Made by a program: the position numbers and the translations under genes
NCBI GenBank assembly: GCA_002245135.1
Contig: NGBS01000879.1
Coordinates: 124,001 to 188,000, forward strand
DNA: 64,000 nucleotides
Source: Proteromonas lacertae
Taxonomy: Eukaryota
Reading direction: 5' to 3'
Shown: in pieces, positions 25,189 to 38,832 of the stretch
How the letters are laid out: every line of letters begins with the position of its first letter
Numbering within the stretch: the first letter of the stretch is position 1
Notes under the pieces: generated by a model
Told to the model about the DNA's origin: nothing
The model's input: the letters and a program-made list of their open reading frames with translations, nothing else
The model's database searches: none

Positions 25189-28100
25189 TTAACGACTAAG
25201 ATACTTGACATATTTCACGGTTAATAGAGTTATAATGAAGAAAGCTAGAATGTAAATCCATAATCCCATAGCCCACAGCCATCGAGTATCATAATTCATT
25301 CCAATGATGTTCCGAATATAATAATCTATTGTTACAGTCATAGGACCTTCTGGCCTAGGAATTGTGATTGTAGGACAATCTGCACCTGTACAATGAAACT
25401 CACTTGCTACTATAGTTTGTAAAGTAAATTGAGTAGGATCGATATACCAAAATAGTTTCCAAGGGTATTTCAACGATGGTTTAGGAATTAAGAACCCAGC
25501 TAATATATTCCATAGGTTAATAACAATTGAAGCTAACATTGTACCAATCTGAAGGTTTGGGGCTAAATAACTAAACATAAATCCAGTTATAGCACAAAAA
25601 TACAACCATGAAAAAACAATCATCATAAAAAATCCAACATTTCCTAAATTCCCATCTAATCCAACCATTGGATAGAAAATGCAAGTAAATAAAGACCCAA
25701 AGAACAAAGTGAAGGGTAATTCCACTAGTAATATTGATATTACATAAGCTGAACTGTCATACATTTTTAATATTGTTTCTCTATATATTAAAGGTCTTTC
25801 TTCTACTAACATTGGTAACATTCCCATCATTGCATTTAAACCTAAAAATAGTATTCCCATAAACATAGATGCTAACTTTGATTGAACACCAGCTTGATTT
25901 GATGTTTGAATCTATTTGTATAAAAATCATAATTATACATTGAAGAAAACAATTCCAGTCATTAATGAAACAATAAATATTGTGATTAATCTTGATATGT
26001 TGAAATCTTCTTTTCTCCAATAATCACGAGCTGTTCTTATCAATAAATAATACAATTGTTGAAAGAAATTCAATTTATTGATTTGATTAATTTCACCTCC
26101 TTCTTGACGAAGAACTTCAATTTCATCCATTTCTTCAGCATATATTGTTGAATCTAAATATTTCTCATTGAATTGAATTCTTTCATCTTCTCCTTCTTCT
26201 TCATGGTTTATACCAGCTCCAGTTATATTTAACATCCAAGATGCTATATTACCAACATCTGGCGGTTGATGTTCTTCTGGTAATATATTTCTGAAATAAT
26301 CTCTTAATTTATCACAATTTTCACCAATTGGACCAAAATAAACAACTTTTCCACCTCTTTCTAATAATACAACATCACTAAACAGAGAGAATATCTATAA
26401 TTATTATATAAGCGTAAATATATATATATATATATATATACTTCTTCACTTGGTTGATGGATAGTACAAAGGATAGTTCTTCCTGTAGCAGCTACTCTCT
26501 GTAAAACTTGAACTACTAATAAAGCACTATTTGTATCTAAACCTGTTGTTGGTTCATCAAGAAATAGTATTGAAGGATTTGCAACTAATTCTATTCCTAT
26601 CATAATTATCTTTCTCAAACCAGTTGGTAAACCTTCACCTACCTTACCTATAACCATGTTTCTATAATCATTCAAACCCAACAACTATTCAAATATATTA
26701 CTCTACAATTGGTATTAAATACTTTTATTGTATCTTCCACAAAACTCTTGATAGTTGTCTGATCTGTTTTACTATCTAATCTATTTACAGCACTAAACAT
26801 CAACGCTTCATATACAGTTTCATATATTGGCAAAGTATCTTGCTGTTCAACATAACCACTTACTTTATATAATGTACTTTTATCTAATTCAATTCCATTC
26901 AAATAACTTTTACCAGTTATTTTACCTTTTGTTTTCCTTAATGCTATAACATCTAACAGAGTTGTTTTACCAGCACCACTAGCACCCATTAAAGCAGTAA
27001 GTTGTCCTGGTTTTACAAAACCACTTATACCATTCAATAATACTTTGCTTGTTTCACCATTTTCATTTCGTTTTATTGGAACAGTATAATGAATGTCACT
27101 GAATGATATTGATAAATGAGGAAATGGAATTGTTGGATTTTCTGAACTTGCACTTGCAGTTGATAAATGTTCAGATTGTTCTTCTTTACTAACTTCATGA
27201 ACTTCAATACTTTTTACATTTTTACTCTATAAAAAAAAGTATAAATATATAATATATTAAAATTACGTGTGGAAATGGATCATGTGGAACAAAAGTAACA
27301 GCAAACATTTGTAACAAAATAAATATAAGATGTTGTCCCATTAATATAACTATAGAATAAATTATCCAATTAAAATCTGTTGGAAAATCATAAGCATTCA
27401 GATACACCTCTCCTCGAGTTAAACCTGTATCACCATATGGTTCATCATATTCACTACTTTTAAATTCATTTATAGCTAAAGACTTCATTGCATAATTAAA
27501 TGGAGTAATATAATAAATCCAAATAAAGGCCATTTTTATATCACTTTTTGTTAAGAAAAAACCACCAAATACTAACATAAAAAATAGAATCACTGATAAA
27601 GCGGCATGAGCTTGGTTCTTATCACTTGTGAAGTAAATAATAGCTCTAAAAAAAGAATTCATAGCACAACATAACAGAAATATAATTATTATGAAATACA
27701 AATAATGTATTCCATTATCACTTCTTGTTAAAGTTGCCATCAAATACATTATTGAACAGAATATTATTACTTCCAAAACAATTATTGGGTATTGAACTAT
27801 TGTACTGCATAGAACATATAACCAAGATGGATAAAAACCAGCTTGTTTTTCTTTATATAAAACACTTCTCTGATCTACTAAACTATCAATTTGAGAAAAA
27901 TAACTCATTGCTAAAAATAGTGCTGTTAAATTAATTACACCAAATCGAACAACATAATTATTACTATCAATCTATTCATTTATAATATTGTTATATATAT
28001 ATATATATATATATACTCCAAAGAATATCCATCCAAATATCAAACCCATTACAACTGCTTGAATAACTCTTGCTGTACTAAATAATTTATCACGAACTAC

Positions 28101-30040
28101 TAATTGCCATTGTCTGGAGAGTGTAAGTAAGAATAAAGAAAACAAATTTCTTGGATATTTCTTATTATAATATTCTTCATTGAAAACTTGAGACAATGCT
28201 CTTGTAATTGAATCAAAATTTGATACACTCATTTTACTTGATTCTTTCGTTTCTATTATACAAATTATCAAACACAATATCTACTTTCATTAATTCCTAC
28301 ACTTCTTAAAACTGATGCAGATGGTTGATGGTTTAATGATGATAAACTAGGTGTTATATTAGAATACTTATATCTTACCTTCTAGAAAAAGTAATTACAT
28401 TATCAGGTGATATATTTGGAGTTATTGTTGTGGTTGTTTGTCCATCACTCTTTACTTCTGATTCACTCGGACCATTCTATTTATTCATCACTATATTACT
28501 CAATATATACATTATGATTTGATTCAAGAAATATTTCATGCATTTCTTCAGCTGATGGAGGGATAAAAACATTATTAGAACTATTACTCTGATAGGTAGT
28601 ATTTGAATTGTATATTGAAACATTTGTGAATGAATAATTAACTGATTGTTGTTGTTGTTTTGATTTAGGTGGATTATATGAATGAGAAGTTGTTGTCGCT
28701 GATGTGATTGAAGACGAATTAGAATTTGATGATGAATAAAATGTTGAACTTTCTATACTTTCAGAATAATTCTTATATTTCTTTCTTCCTTCTTCACTAC
28801 ACAAATCAATTAAAAATGAGCCTAAATCTTTATTGGATGGTCGAAAATAACCTAAATTATTGAAATATTCTTCACATTTATCACTTTTACCATTATATAT
28901 TACATAACCATCTTCAATTAACATTAATTTATCAAATAACAGAATTGTAGATGGTTCTGGTTGTAAAAGACAACAGATTAATACACTTTGAAACGATTTA
29001 CATAATAAAGTTAAATATTTTATAATATCATGAGTTACTGCACTATCTAAACCAGTACTGATCTTATCAAATATCATTACTCGGAAATTGCCCAATAACA
29101 TTTCACCTAAACATAATCTTCTTAATTCTCCACCACTTAAACCTCTCATTTCACTATTACCAACTATTGTGTTTTTACAATTTGTTAATCCTAATATTTG
29201 GATTATTAAATCTGGATTTTCCTTAAATAATTCCTATTTCATAAACATATAATTCATTAATTAACATACTTTTAAATTACTGCTATAACTATTATATACT
29301 GTTCCATTTGAACATTTATTTGCATATTCTAAGATTTCTTTTACTGTCAATACTGCATATTCTCTATCTAATTGACCTACAAATGATCTATATCTCTGCC
29401 AATATAAATCTTTTATATCTTCATTATTATACCTATACAAAAATATTAACTATTAAAAAAATATATTCTATATACAATATTGATCCATATTCATGTGGTA
29501 ATAATCCAGCTAATAATTTCAAAAATGTAGTAGTTCCTGAAGAAGGAGGACCTAATATCTATTCCATAAATAATTATTATATTTTTATTTTATTTTTACT
29601 ATTGTTGATTCACCTTCTACAAAATATCCAGTGATTGGATGAATTATTTCTTTTTTCACCATTTTCTTTTCTTTTTTCATGAATTCTATTATATTTATTA
29701 CATATCTTAATAAATTTGGATTATCAGGTTTATTACTAACATTTTCAATTGTTAACACCTTATAATTTAAATTTTCATATTTGAATAGTTTTTTATTATC
29801 ATGAGGAAAGTAATGACTTATTTCATTAATAAAATTTTCCACACTACTTGATAATAAATCACTTAAAGGAGATATTTCTATTGTAGAGTGTGTTGATGAT
29901 ATTTCTGATTCTATTGATTGTGAGTCATCAGAAGAACTAATATTGTCTGAATTTGAACTATCTGTTGAATTATCTAGTTCTCTTTGCTGTGCTGATTCTT
30001 CATCCTCTTCTTTCCTTTCTTCTACATGCTCTAAATTCAT
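25189..30040 (-). CDS. Full-size ABCG/PDR-type ABC transporter (NBD-TMD-NBD-TMD)
   Basis: About 11 short introns give a continuous frame; NBD1 GPPSSGTTT / LSGGELRR; NBD2 GASGAGKTTLLD / LFLDEPTTGLD / TIHQPS; two ABC2-type membrane domains. Confidence 0.9.
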
Positions 30041-30339
30041 TTAAATATTATAAGTATAAATTAGAAATTGGGATGACTAGAAAAAATCCTTTCAAAATTC
30101 GAGCTTTTTCTGTAGATTTGATCAAAATAGAATTTAAAAATTGATTATAAATGCTTGCATAGTGACTTTTTCATATTAATAATTTGAAAACATTTTATTT
30201 GTGTATAATTGAAGAGATTAAAATCATAAATAACATTATGAGTTGATTATTTGCTTTATTGCTGTTTTTATTTCATATTAGAAACTAAAAATAATTCAAA
30301 CACAATAATAATAATCTCATTAATCATGTAATTAACTAA

Positions 30340-31323
30340 TTAATTATTATTATCTTCTTTATTTATCTCATTCACTGGCTTTATTCTCAATAAAGATAAT
30401 CGAAAATCAGATATACAAATACCTCTTATTACGTATGGATTATTAATATAATCTTTTATGTCTATTTCTCTCAAAGGAATCATGGATGCTTCTCTACATA
30501 AATTCTATTTAATAATAATAATAAACAAATAAATACTTTTATATCACTCCCACTCCAACCTTCAGTCAGTTTCGATATTTCTAAATAATCATTTTCACTC
30601 ATTATTACATCAAGCCCTTTTAGAAAGTGTTTTATCATTTCTTTTCTTGATTCTATACTTGGATAGTCTACAAATATATGTCGATTGAATCTTCTTAGTA
30701 TTGCTTCATCTATATCATTCAAACGATTTGTAGCTCCAATTATGATTATTAATTCATTACTGTTTATTTTACTCAACTATTATTATATTTAATTCTAATA
30801 GTACTTGAATTAATAATTCACAGATTATTCTTCTTGTATTTGAATCATCTTTACTATTTCTTTTACTACATAAGCTGTCCAATTCATCTATGAATATTAT
30901 GCAAGGGCTCTTCCTCTTTGCTTCTTCAAATATTTCTCTTATTCTTTTCTCACTCTCACCACACCATTTGGATATACAATTACTTCCACAGATTTCAAAA
31001 CATGGCCATTGAGTTTCACTACATACTGCTTTCGCTAATAAACTCTTACCTGTACCTGGAGGACCATATAATAATATAGAAGATTGAATCTCTCGACAAC
31101 CTACAAATAACTCATTAGGTAAAACACATGGAAGTACACAACTCTCATATAAAGCTTCTTTTGCCTATTATTATCTTAATTTATATTCTACTTCAGTATT
31201 TCCCACAATATCATCCCAGTTTATATTATAAACATTCTTCATGCTCAGCCTTTTTTCTAATGATTTACTCTTTGAAGAACATGGTGAAAATGTCTCAGAT
31301 TTTGGACTGCTTTGATAATTCAT
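30340..31323 (-). CDS. Meiotic-clade AAA ATPase (katanin/VPS4/fidgetin-like), short N-terminus
   Basis: INWDDIVG, LLYGPPGTGKS, SKWCGESEK, IIFIDELD, GATNRLNDIDEAILRRF, TEGWSGSDIK; three introns. Confidence 0.85.
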
Positions 31324-31764
31324 TCAAAAAACAAAAAAAGTGATCAAGCCAAAATTAAAAGCTTGAATGATAGAAATTATTATTTATTGAATAGATATTG
31401 GAATGAGTGAAAAAGGATTGAAATATTAATAGAAGAATTAAAAGAATATCATCCATTAAAAGAAATAGATAAACTAGGAAATGAATTAAATGAAGATGAG
31501 TTAAAATTAATGGTAGAAAATAAAGATGTATTTAAAGATTTAGAAGAATACAGTGAATAATAATTATAATAATAAGATGATAATAAAGAATACTACACCT
31601 TGTTGTTTAATTTTTTGATTTATATATCAGTTATTGTATTATTATTGATATATTTGATGTTTTTATTATTTAGAATGCACAGTTTGCGATAATAAAAGAA
31701 TTACATAATCTTTACATTGTCATTGTCATTTTTATCAGTTACACAAGTATCTTTTTTTGAAGAG

Positions 31765-33395
31765 ATGTATTGCAAAATCGGAAGATGTATACACTTTGAA
31801 TTTAAAGTATCTAGGTTTTTCAACTCGTGCCATTAATATAAATACCATCAATCCATATGTATATCTCCAAATTATTAATATATTAGGTTCGTAAAGCAGA
31901 ATATGCTGTTAGAGGGGTAGTACCAGGAAAAGCTGATGAGTATCAAAAAGCTTTGAATGATGGAGTAAAATTGCCTTTTAAAAAACTAATTCGTTGTAAT
32001 ATAGGTAATCCACAAGTATATTTTCACTTTTTTATATTCTATTAAATAGTCTCTTGAACAGACTCCAATATCCTACCTTACGAAGAGTTCTTGCTGTCGT
32101 TAATTGTCCTGAATTACTCAAACATCCTGATTTATTCCCAGCTGATGTAATGAAACGTAGTGAATTATACTTAAGGAATATCCCTGGAGGTGTCGGTGCA
32201 TATAGTCACTCACAAGGTGTAGAATATATAAGAAAAGAAGTATCTAATTTTATAACATCAAGAGATGGAGGCATTCAATGTAATCCAAGTAGTATATACC
32301 TTACAGATGGTGCATCAAGTGCAATCAAATCAATATTGAGTATAATCATATCAAAACCAAACTGATGGAATTATGATTCCAATTCCTCAATATCCTTTGT
32401 ATACAGCTTCAATTGCCTTATTCAACGCTACTCCAGTGAGTTATTACTTAAATGAAGAAAATGGATGGAGTTTAGACTTAAAAGAACTAGAAAGAAGTTA
32501 CAATGAAGCAAAGAAAAAAGGAATAGAAATAAAAGCAATAACAATAATAAACCCAGGTAATCCAACAGGACAAACCTTAACAGAGAATAATATGAAAGAG
32601 ATAGTTGACTTCTGTTACAAGAAACATATTTTAATATTAGCTGATGAAGTATATCAAGAGAATATTTGGAATAAAAATAAACCATTTCATTCATTTAAAA
32701 AGATTGCCAATTCAATGGGCAAAGAGATTAGTGACAATTTGGAGTTGGCATCATTTCATTCTACATCCAAAGGATTCTTTGGAGAGTATATTTTTTTATT
32801 GTATATATTTTGTATAGATGTGGTCATAGAGGAGGATATATGGAATTAATGAACTTTGATTCTCAAGTATTAGAACAAATATATAAAGTCGCTTCAATCT
32901 CATTGTGTAGTAATTTAGATGGTCAAGTTGCAATGGGAGTAATGGTAAACCCTCCAAAGAAAGGAGATGAATCATATGATAGTTATACTGAAGAAAAGAA
33001 CAACATTCTATCAGTATATATATATATATATATATATATAAATGTTATTAAAATAGTCATTAAAAAGAAGAGCAATAAAATTACAACAAAGTCTTAATGG
33101 AGTTGAAGGTATTAAATGTCAGCCAATTGATGGTGCTTTATACGCATTTCCAAGAATAGAAATACCAAAGAAAGCAGTAGAAGAAGCAAAGAGAAAGAAT
33201 CAACAAGCTGATGTGTTTTATTGTTTGGAATTATTGAATCAAACAGGTTTGGTTGTTGTTCCTGGTAGTGGCTTTGGACAAGTGGATGGTACTTTCCATT
33301 TTAGAACCACTATTTTACCACCTGAAAGAGAAATGGATGAAGTTAATAAGGCAATTAAGAAGTTCCATAGTGAATTTATGAGAAAATATAAGTAA
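31765..33395 (+). CDS. ALT: Alanine aminotransferase, with two +1 frame breaks in the DNA
   Basis: AEYAVRG, CNIGNPQ, GAYSHSQG, IPIPQYPLY, INPGNPTGQ, LADEVYQEN, SFHSTSKG, ECGHRGGY, VPGSGFGQ; five introns; extra base near 32077-32080 and near 32363. Confidence 0.92.
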
Positions 33396-33489
33396 AAATT
33401 ATGTCTATAATTGTTGTGACAAATATATATGAGGGTTTTCTGTTTATTTTTAGATAATCACAAAATACAATGAAAAAAAGTAAAATAAA

Positions 33490-34468
33490 TCATACGATAT
33501 GAATCATTACCACAGATCTATTATACTTAATCAACGGCTGTTGTTCACTGTTAGGAATAACATCATCATTTATTGATAAAAAGAAATCATCATTATAATC
33601 ATAAGCAACCACTAGTAATGTTTTAATAACTTCATAAAATTGTGAACATAACATATTTTCATCGTATTTTCTCCTTAATTTAAATCCATCACTAAATCGA
33701 ATTTCTAACATCACTCCTGTTCCAGCTGGTTCTGGTGGCAATATATCCTTCATAATTTCATCACTAACATCTTTATTTCTCTTTATGGCTTTATTATTAC
33801 TTAATTCATAACCTTTAGTATTCTTCCAATCATCTTTCTTCTTCTTTTCTTCTTCTTCTTTATTCACTTCTACTGGTTTATTCGACTTTGTGTCCAGATT
33901 AAAATATCTTGGATTATATTCCATATCATCTGTGGCATACATATCAGGCAATCCACCTTCTACAGTAAATACACTATATCCATTCGATATTAAGGATGTT
34001 AAATAAGTTGATAAGTAGAAATCAGTTAAAATGAGTGGTCCTTCTGGTTTCAGACTATCAAATAAATACCAGGTATTATATAAATAACGCAGCGATAGCC
34101 AATGTGCAGCCCAATTACAAATAAAACCGCTAGAAATGATAGAAAAGAGTGATTTATACTTTTTTGTATCAATTCCTTTTGGCATTGTCCAAACTTCTAG
34201 TCTCAACCCTATGCTTTGCAATGCAAGTCTTAAAACATCCACTGAGAAATTCCCTGACTCATCTACATTGAATGATTCTTTAATTTTTGTATTAAGTAGA
34301 CCTTCTTCTTGCTCATCTAATTTATGAGCAAAATTCGCTAAATCAACCTACAAATAAGCAAAAATATCATACTTCGTTAAAATGTGGACCTTGAAGAACA
34401 TTATTTATACAATGCTTTCCACACATCAGATCCATCTTCTGATTTTCGAAATATATATATCTTGGCAT
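33490..34468 (-). CDS. Josephin-domain deubiquitinase (ataxin-3-like) with C-terminal UBX-like domain
   Basis: YIYFENQ..MCGKHCINNVLQG, GNFSVDVL, GFICNWAAHW, FDSLKPEGP; PPEP..LEIRFSDG..LRRKY tail; two introns. Confidence 0.85.
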
Positions 34469-34698
34469 GAAGAAATAAGAAGAAATAGAATCAAGCTATT
34501 TCGAAAGTTTGAGTGTGTTTTATGTAAAGAAAACTGATTTTATCTTCAACCTTTTTATCATATGTCACTATTGTTGTGCTTTTGACATGGTTGATACATT
34601 ATTCATATCTTAATAGAATTAATTTCTAACAAAACACAGTACAGAGTTATTTATTCAGAAGATTTCAATAATATTATTTGTCTATTAGATTATTAATC

Positions 34699-35207
34699 TC
34701 AATTTCCTCCTGCCCTTAACTTATTTTCAAAAGCTTGTTTAAGTTCAGCTTCTAAAGCATCATTCTCTTTTTTGAGTTCATCAAATCTTGACTTTAATCT
34801 TTGACCTTCAGTTACAGCTTCGTTTCTCTATGCAAAAATGAATAAATGGAATAATAAATTTACCTTTTGTTTCAATGCATTTACAACTACAGTTTGTTTT
34901 TGTATATCCTTTTTGTATTGAGCAGTATCTTCTGGACGATCTACTTCACGACCAAATGTCACTAAAAAATATCAACGGTTACAATACATTGGTTCCACCA
35001 ACCATTTGGATCAAATACAAATAAGTTTCCTCCAAAATTGACTGTCACATAGAGTGATTCATCAATTGGTGGTATTTTAGCAACGTTTCCTGAAACACGT
35101 AATTATTAAAGTTTACTAGTATATATAGCAAAAAAGGATATCTATTAAATTATTTGTAGATGATCTGTTTCTATTAGAATAATAAATATAGCTTCATACA
35201 CAGCCAT
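34699..35207 (-). CDS. Small hypothetical coiled-coil protein with an AT-AC intron
   Basis: ATG 35207, GT-AG intron, AT-AC intron 35141-35099, exon GVSGNVAKIPPIDESLYVTVNFGG..., coiled-coil last exon ending TGA 34699. The junction near 34960-35000 is not resolved. Confidence 0.55.
35099..35141 (-). other. U12-type AT-AC intron (43 nt)
   Basis: Donor ATATCCTTT, branch-like CTTTAAT near the AC acceptor; removal deletes a stop and restores the frame. Confidence 0.8.
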
Positions 35208-35900
35208 TTATTCAAAAATGCAGCAACTGACAAATTAAAAAAATGATTGGTTTAGCAACGAGCCAAACCTAAAAAATTACACTTATTCCTCAAGCCATGC
35301 CGAACGTTAAGAAAGAAAAATATATTCTTTTGCTTTTTTCTCACGCTGTGATTAGTGCTTTGAAGTAAAACATAGCTATGGAATTTAGTTGTTCGGTATA
35401 TATTGTAGTTGTTTGGTTTTCATTTAGTAATATAGATAAAAGTAATGTAATTTATTCAACTAAATGCTTTTATGGACATTAAATTGATATTTTGACATTA
35501 TGAATGAAAATAATATGAGATATAATATTAGTTATTCATATTATACTCATTCAACAAATTTTTCTTTATCAGTAGCACATAGAGTAAGGAAAGGCTCATT
35601 GCATGTATGTTGTATTTAGAATATGAGATGGCATTATAATGAATTTATACACTCATTCATCAATAAATTTGCTAATATATCTTTCATTTAGAACTAGCAT
35701 ATGGTGCAATCACTAAATTTATTTATATTATCCTCATATTAATCTGTAAATTTAAAATAAATGCTTTAGTCTATCTAATTCCATCTCTATTTACTAAACT
35801 GAAAAATGGAACACAAGCCATCTTTGTATCAAACTCTAAGACGAACTTTGCTTGTCAACACAAATTACATTCATTTCTTTTTTTGTAGTTTATCTCGAGA

Positions 35901-36908
35901 ATGAGTGATTCATCGAACAGAAGTATAAAATTTGTCGATCTTACAGATGCAGTATTTTGTATTTTTTATGCTTAATTAGACTTTAATGCAAATCATAAAA
36001 CATTGTAAAGACAATTATCCCACTCCAGCAACAGGCTCATTGTTGGGATTGGAAAATGAAGGAATAATTGAAGTTACTCATTCATTTGCTATTCCCCAAT
36101 TAGATGAAGATCCAGCAACAGGCAAATACCAAATGGATTTTCTAAAATTATTACGTCTTGTTAATGTAGATTTCAATAGTGTTGGTTGGTACACATCAGC
36201 AGATATTAGCGCATTTAGTACTGAAGAATTTGTCACAAGTCAATACAATTATCAAAAATCAATTGGAATTAACTCAATAGTATTAATATATGATCCATCA
36301 GAATTAAACTATGGTATATTAAACGTTAAAGCCCTTCAATTAAGCAAAGAATTCATTGAAACAATTGATAAAGATATAACAACATTAACATCTTTAACAT
36401 CCTGTGGTATTACTAGTAGTAATATTTATACTGAAATTCCAATAAGAATCATTCACAATGGTTTATCAACAGTTTTCCTTGACCAATTATCAAAATCACC
36501 TTTATATAGCAATAAGAAATATGACTTGAACTTATCCTATAATTCCTATTTAGAACATCATATTGAATATTTACAAAAGTCTGTCTTTAGTGTTGCTACA
36601 GACCTTGAAACAAGAGTGAATTATGAAAATGAAGTTAGAAATACAATTGCCAATATAAAGAAATATCAACAAGAGAAGAGTGCTGAGTATGAAGTGAAAG
36701 GAATAGAACCAAGTGATGATACTACACTTCCTCCTGAATTTAAATATCCCACTGAACCAAAGTATGAAATTATATAATTATTATATTGTATAGTCATTTA
36801 AAGACTTTATTAGTAACACATCAAATTCGTAACTATTGTGATAGAGTAAATGAGTACAGTGAACAGTCTTTGAAGAAATTGTTCCTTGTAGGAAATATAC
36901 ATAAATAA
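35901..36908 (+). CDS. eIF3h: Translation initiation factor 3 subunit H (MPN domain)
   Basis: LMQIIKHC..GSLLGL..IEVTHSF..YQMDFLKLLRLVNVDFNSVGWY..QYNYQ..LIYDP; C-terminal SLKKLFL; two introns. Confidence 0.88.
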
Positions 36909-37013
36909 ATCTATTAAATAATATATTATTACTACGATTGTTTTGTATAAATGATGAATTATTGAAAGAATTAAGAATTAGTTTGATTATCTCAAGCCAG
37001 AATATTTTTTTAA

Positions 37014-38761
37014 ATGCTTAGTTTCATTCGTAATACTTCGTTTTCCGGCTAAAACAATATGTTTTGCATCATATATGAGATCATTTTCATTGAACAATGG
37101 AAAAAATTACAAGCCAGGATTGATTTTTGATGCTTATCACAAAGAAATAAAAAATGGTAGATTTGATGAAGATCCTAAACAATTAGTTATGATTAAGGAA
37201 TTGGAAAAGTTATCTTATATACTTTCAACATATGAAAAACCAACATTACCTGAGTGGGAGTTAGTGAAAATAGATAAAGAAAGTAAACTAACCACTGAAA
37301 AGTTTTACAATACAAAAGAAGAAGCAACCAAAGAATGCACAATGAAACAAAGAGACAATCAAATTGATCAATATTTTATTCGTCCTATTAGTTATCAATC
37401 CATATTATCAACAACATTAAAGAAGAGACACACTGTATTACCATCAATGAAGATAAGTAGACTTCCAACAGAAGTAAACTATGATAATGAAGAAAGTTAC
37501 AATTCCAATCCAAATCCAGAAATAGAAGAAACAAAAACAATAAAACAACAACCAATAAAAGTGAAGATAAGTGATGTTTATGATAAACCATCCAATATAG
37601 TAATCCCTGATACACCAAATTTCAAAATTCCAAGAGGATTATATATTTATGGTTCAGTTGGAACAGGTAAGTCAATGTTAATGAAATTATTCTACGATTA
37701 TTCACCTGTAAGTGAAAATCTTAAAAGAAGAATTCATTTTCATGAATTTATGCAGGAAATCCATGAAAATATACATAAATATAAATTACACTATTATAAT
37801 TCACCGAATAACTTATCTGAATCTATTCATAAGAACTATTACAGTGAAAATGACGCGATTGTGGAAGTTTCAAAAAATATAGCAAAAACATATACACTTT
37901 TATGCTTAGACGAATTTCAAGTTACTGATATTGCAGATGCAATTATTATGAGTAATATTTTTGAAATTTTATTTAAATTTGGAACAATTGTTGTTTCTAC
38001 AAGTAATCAATCTCCTAATGACTTATACTCTAATGGTTTGAATAGACACATATTTTTACCTTTTATTTCTTTATTAACTAGATGGTGTAAAGTGTTAGAT
38101 ATTGACAGTCAGATTGATTATAGACAGACAAAATATATTCCTAATAAAACCACTTATTACTATCCAATAACAAATGATAATTTAAAGAAAATAGAAGAAG
38201 AGAATAAAGAGTTGTTTAAAGAAGGGAAATCGTATGATTTACCAATATGTAGAGGAAGATTTATGAAGATTGAATTGACTGATAAGAATCATAAAACTGC
38301 TTTGATTGATTTTAATGTTTTATGTAAAGAAGTATTATTTATTTTTTTTATTTTTTTATTCTCTTTTAAATAGGAAAGAGGAACATTAGATTATGAAGTA
38401 TTAAGTAAAAAGTATGAAACAGTAATTGTGAAGAATATTCCAGTTTTTAATATGACTATTCATAATGAACTTGCAAGATTTATAATGTTGGTTGATCATT
38501 TATATGATCATCATATTCATTTAATATGTCTTGCTGAATCATCAGTATAATCTCTTGTTTATTATTGAATAGATTGATGATTTGTTTAAAGAGATAATTA
38601 CAGCCAAAATAGAAGGAGAAAATCCATTAGTTAAAGATGTTGCTAGTCTTCAACAAGGTGTTAATAATGCAAAGAAAAATCTGATATTTAGAAGTAAAAG
38701 AACTATTTCTAGATTGTATGATATGACAGGTCAAGCTTATAAATATTATGTTAATGAATAA
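37014..38761 (+). CDS. AFG1: AFG1/LACE1 (ZapE-family) mitochondrial ATPase
   Basis: PRGLYIYGSVGTGKSMLM, RIHFHEFM, LCLDEFQVTDIADA, TSNQSPNDLYSNGLNR, ARFIMLVDHLYD, RTISRLYDM; two introns. First ATG (37014) is +1 out of frame; first in-frame ATG is 37075. Confidence 0.88.
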
Positions 38762-38832
38762 GTAATTATTTTGTTGTGTAGAAAAAAATAAAATAATTTG
38801 AATTAAAAAATAAAAAAAAATAATTATATTTC

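Noticed and set aside
31200..31323. Apparent frameshifts at the AAA ATPase 5' end
   Set aside because: Re-reading gives an open frame from ATG 31323 through INWDDIVG.
34960..35000. A further frame break in the small coiled-coil gene
   Set aside because: Alternative phase-1 GT donors could restore the frame, so it was not counted among the +1 sites.
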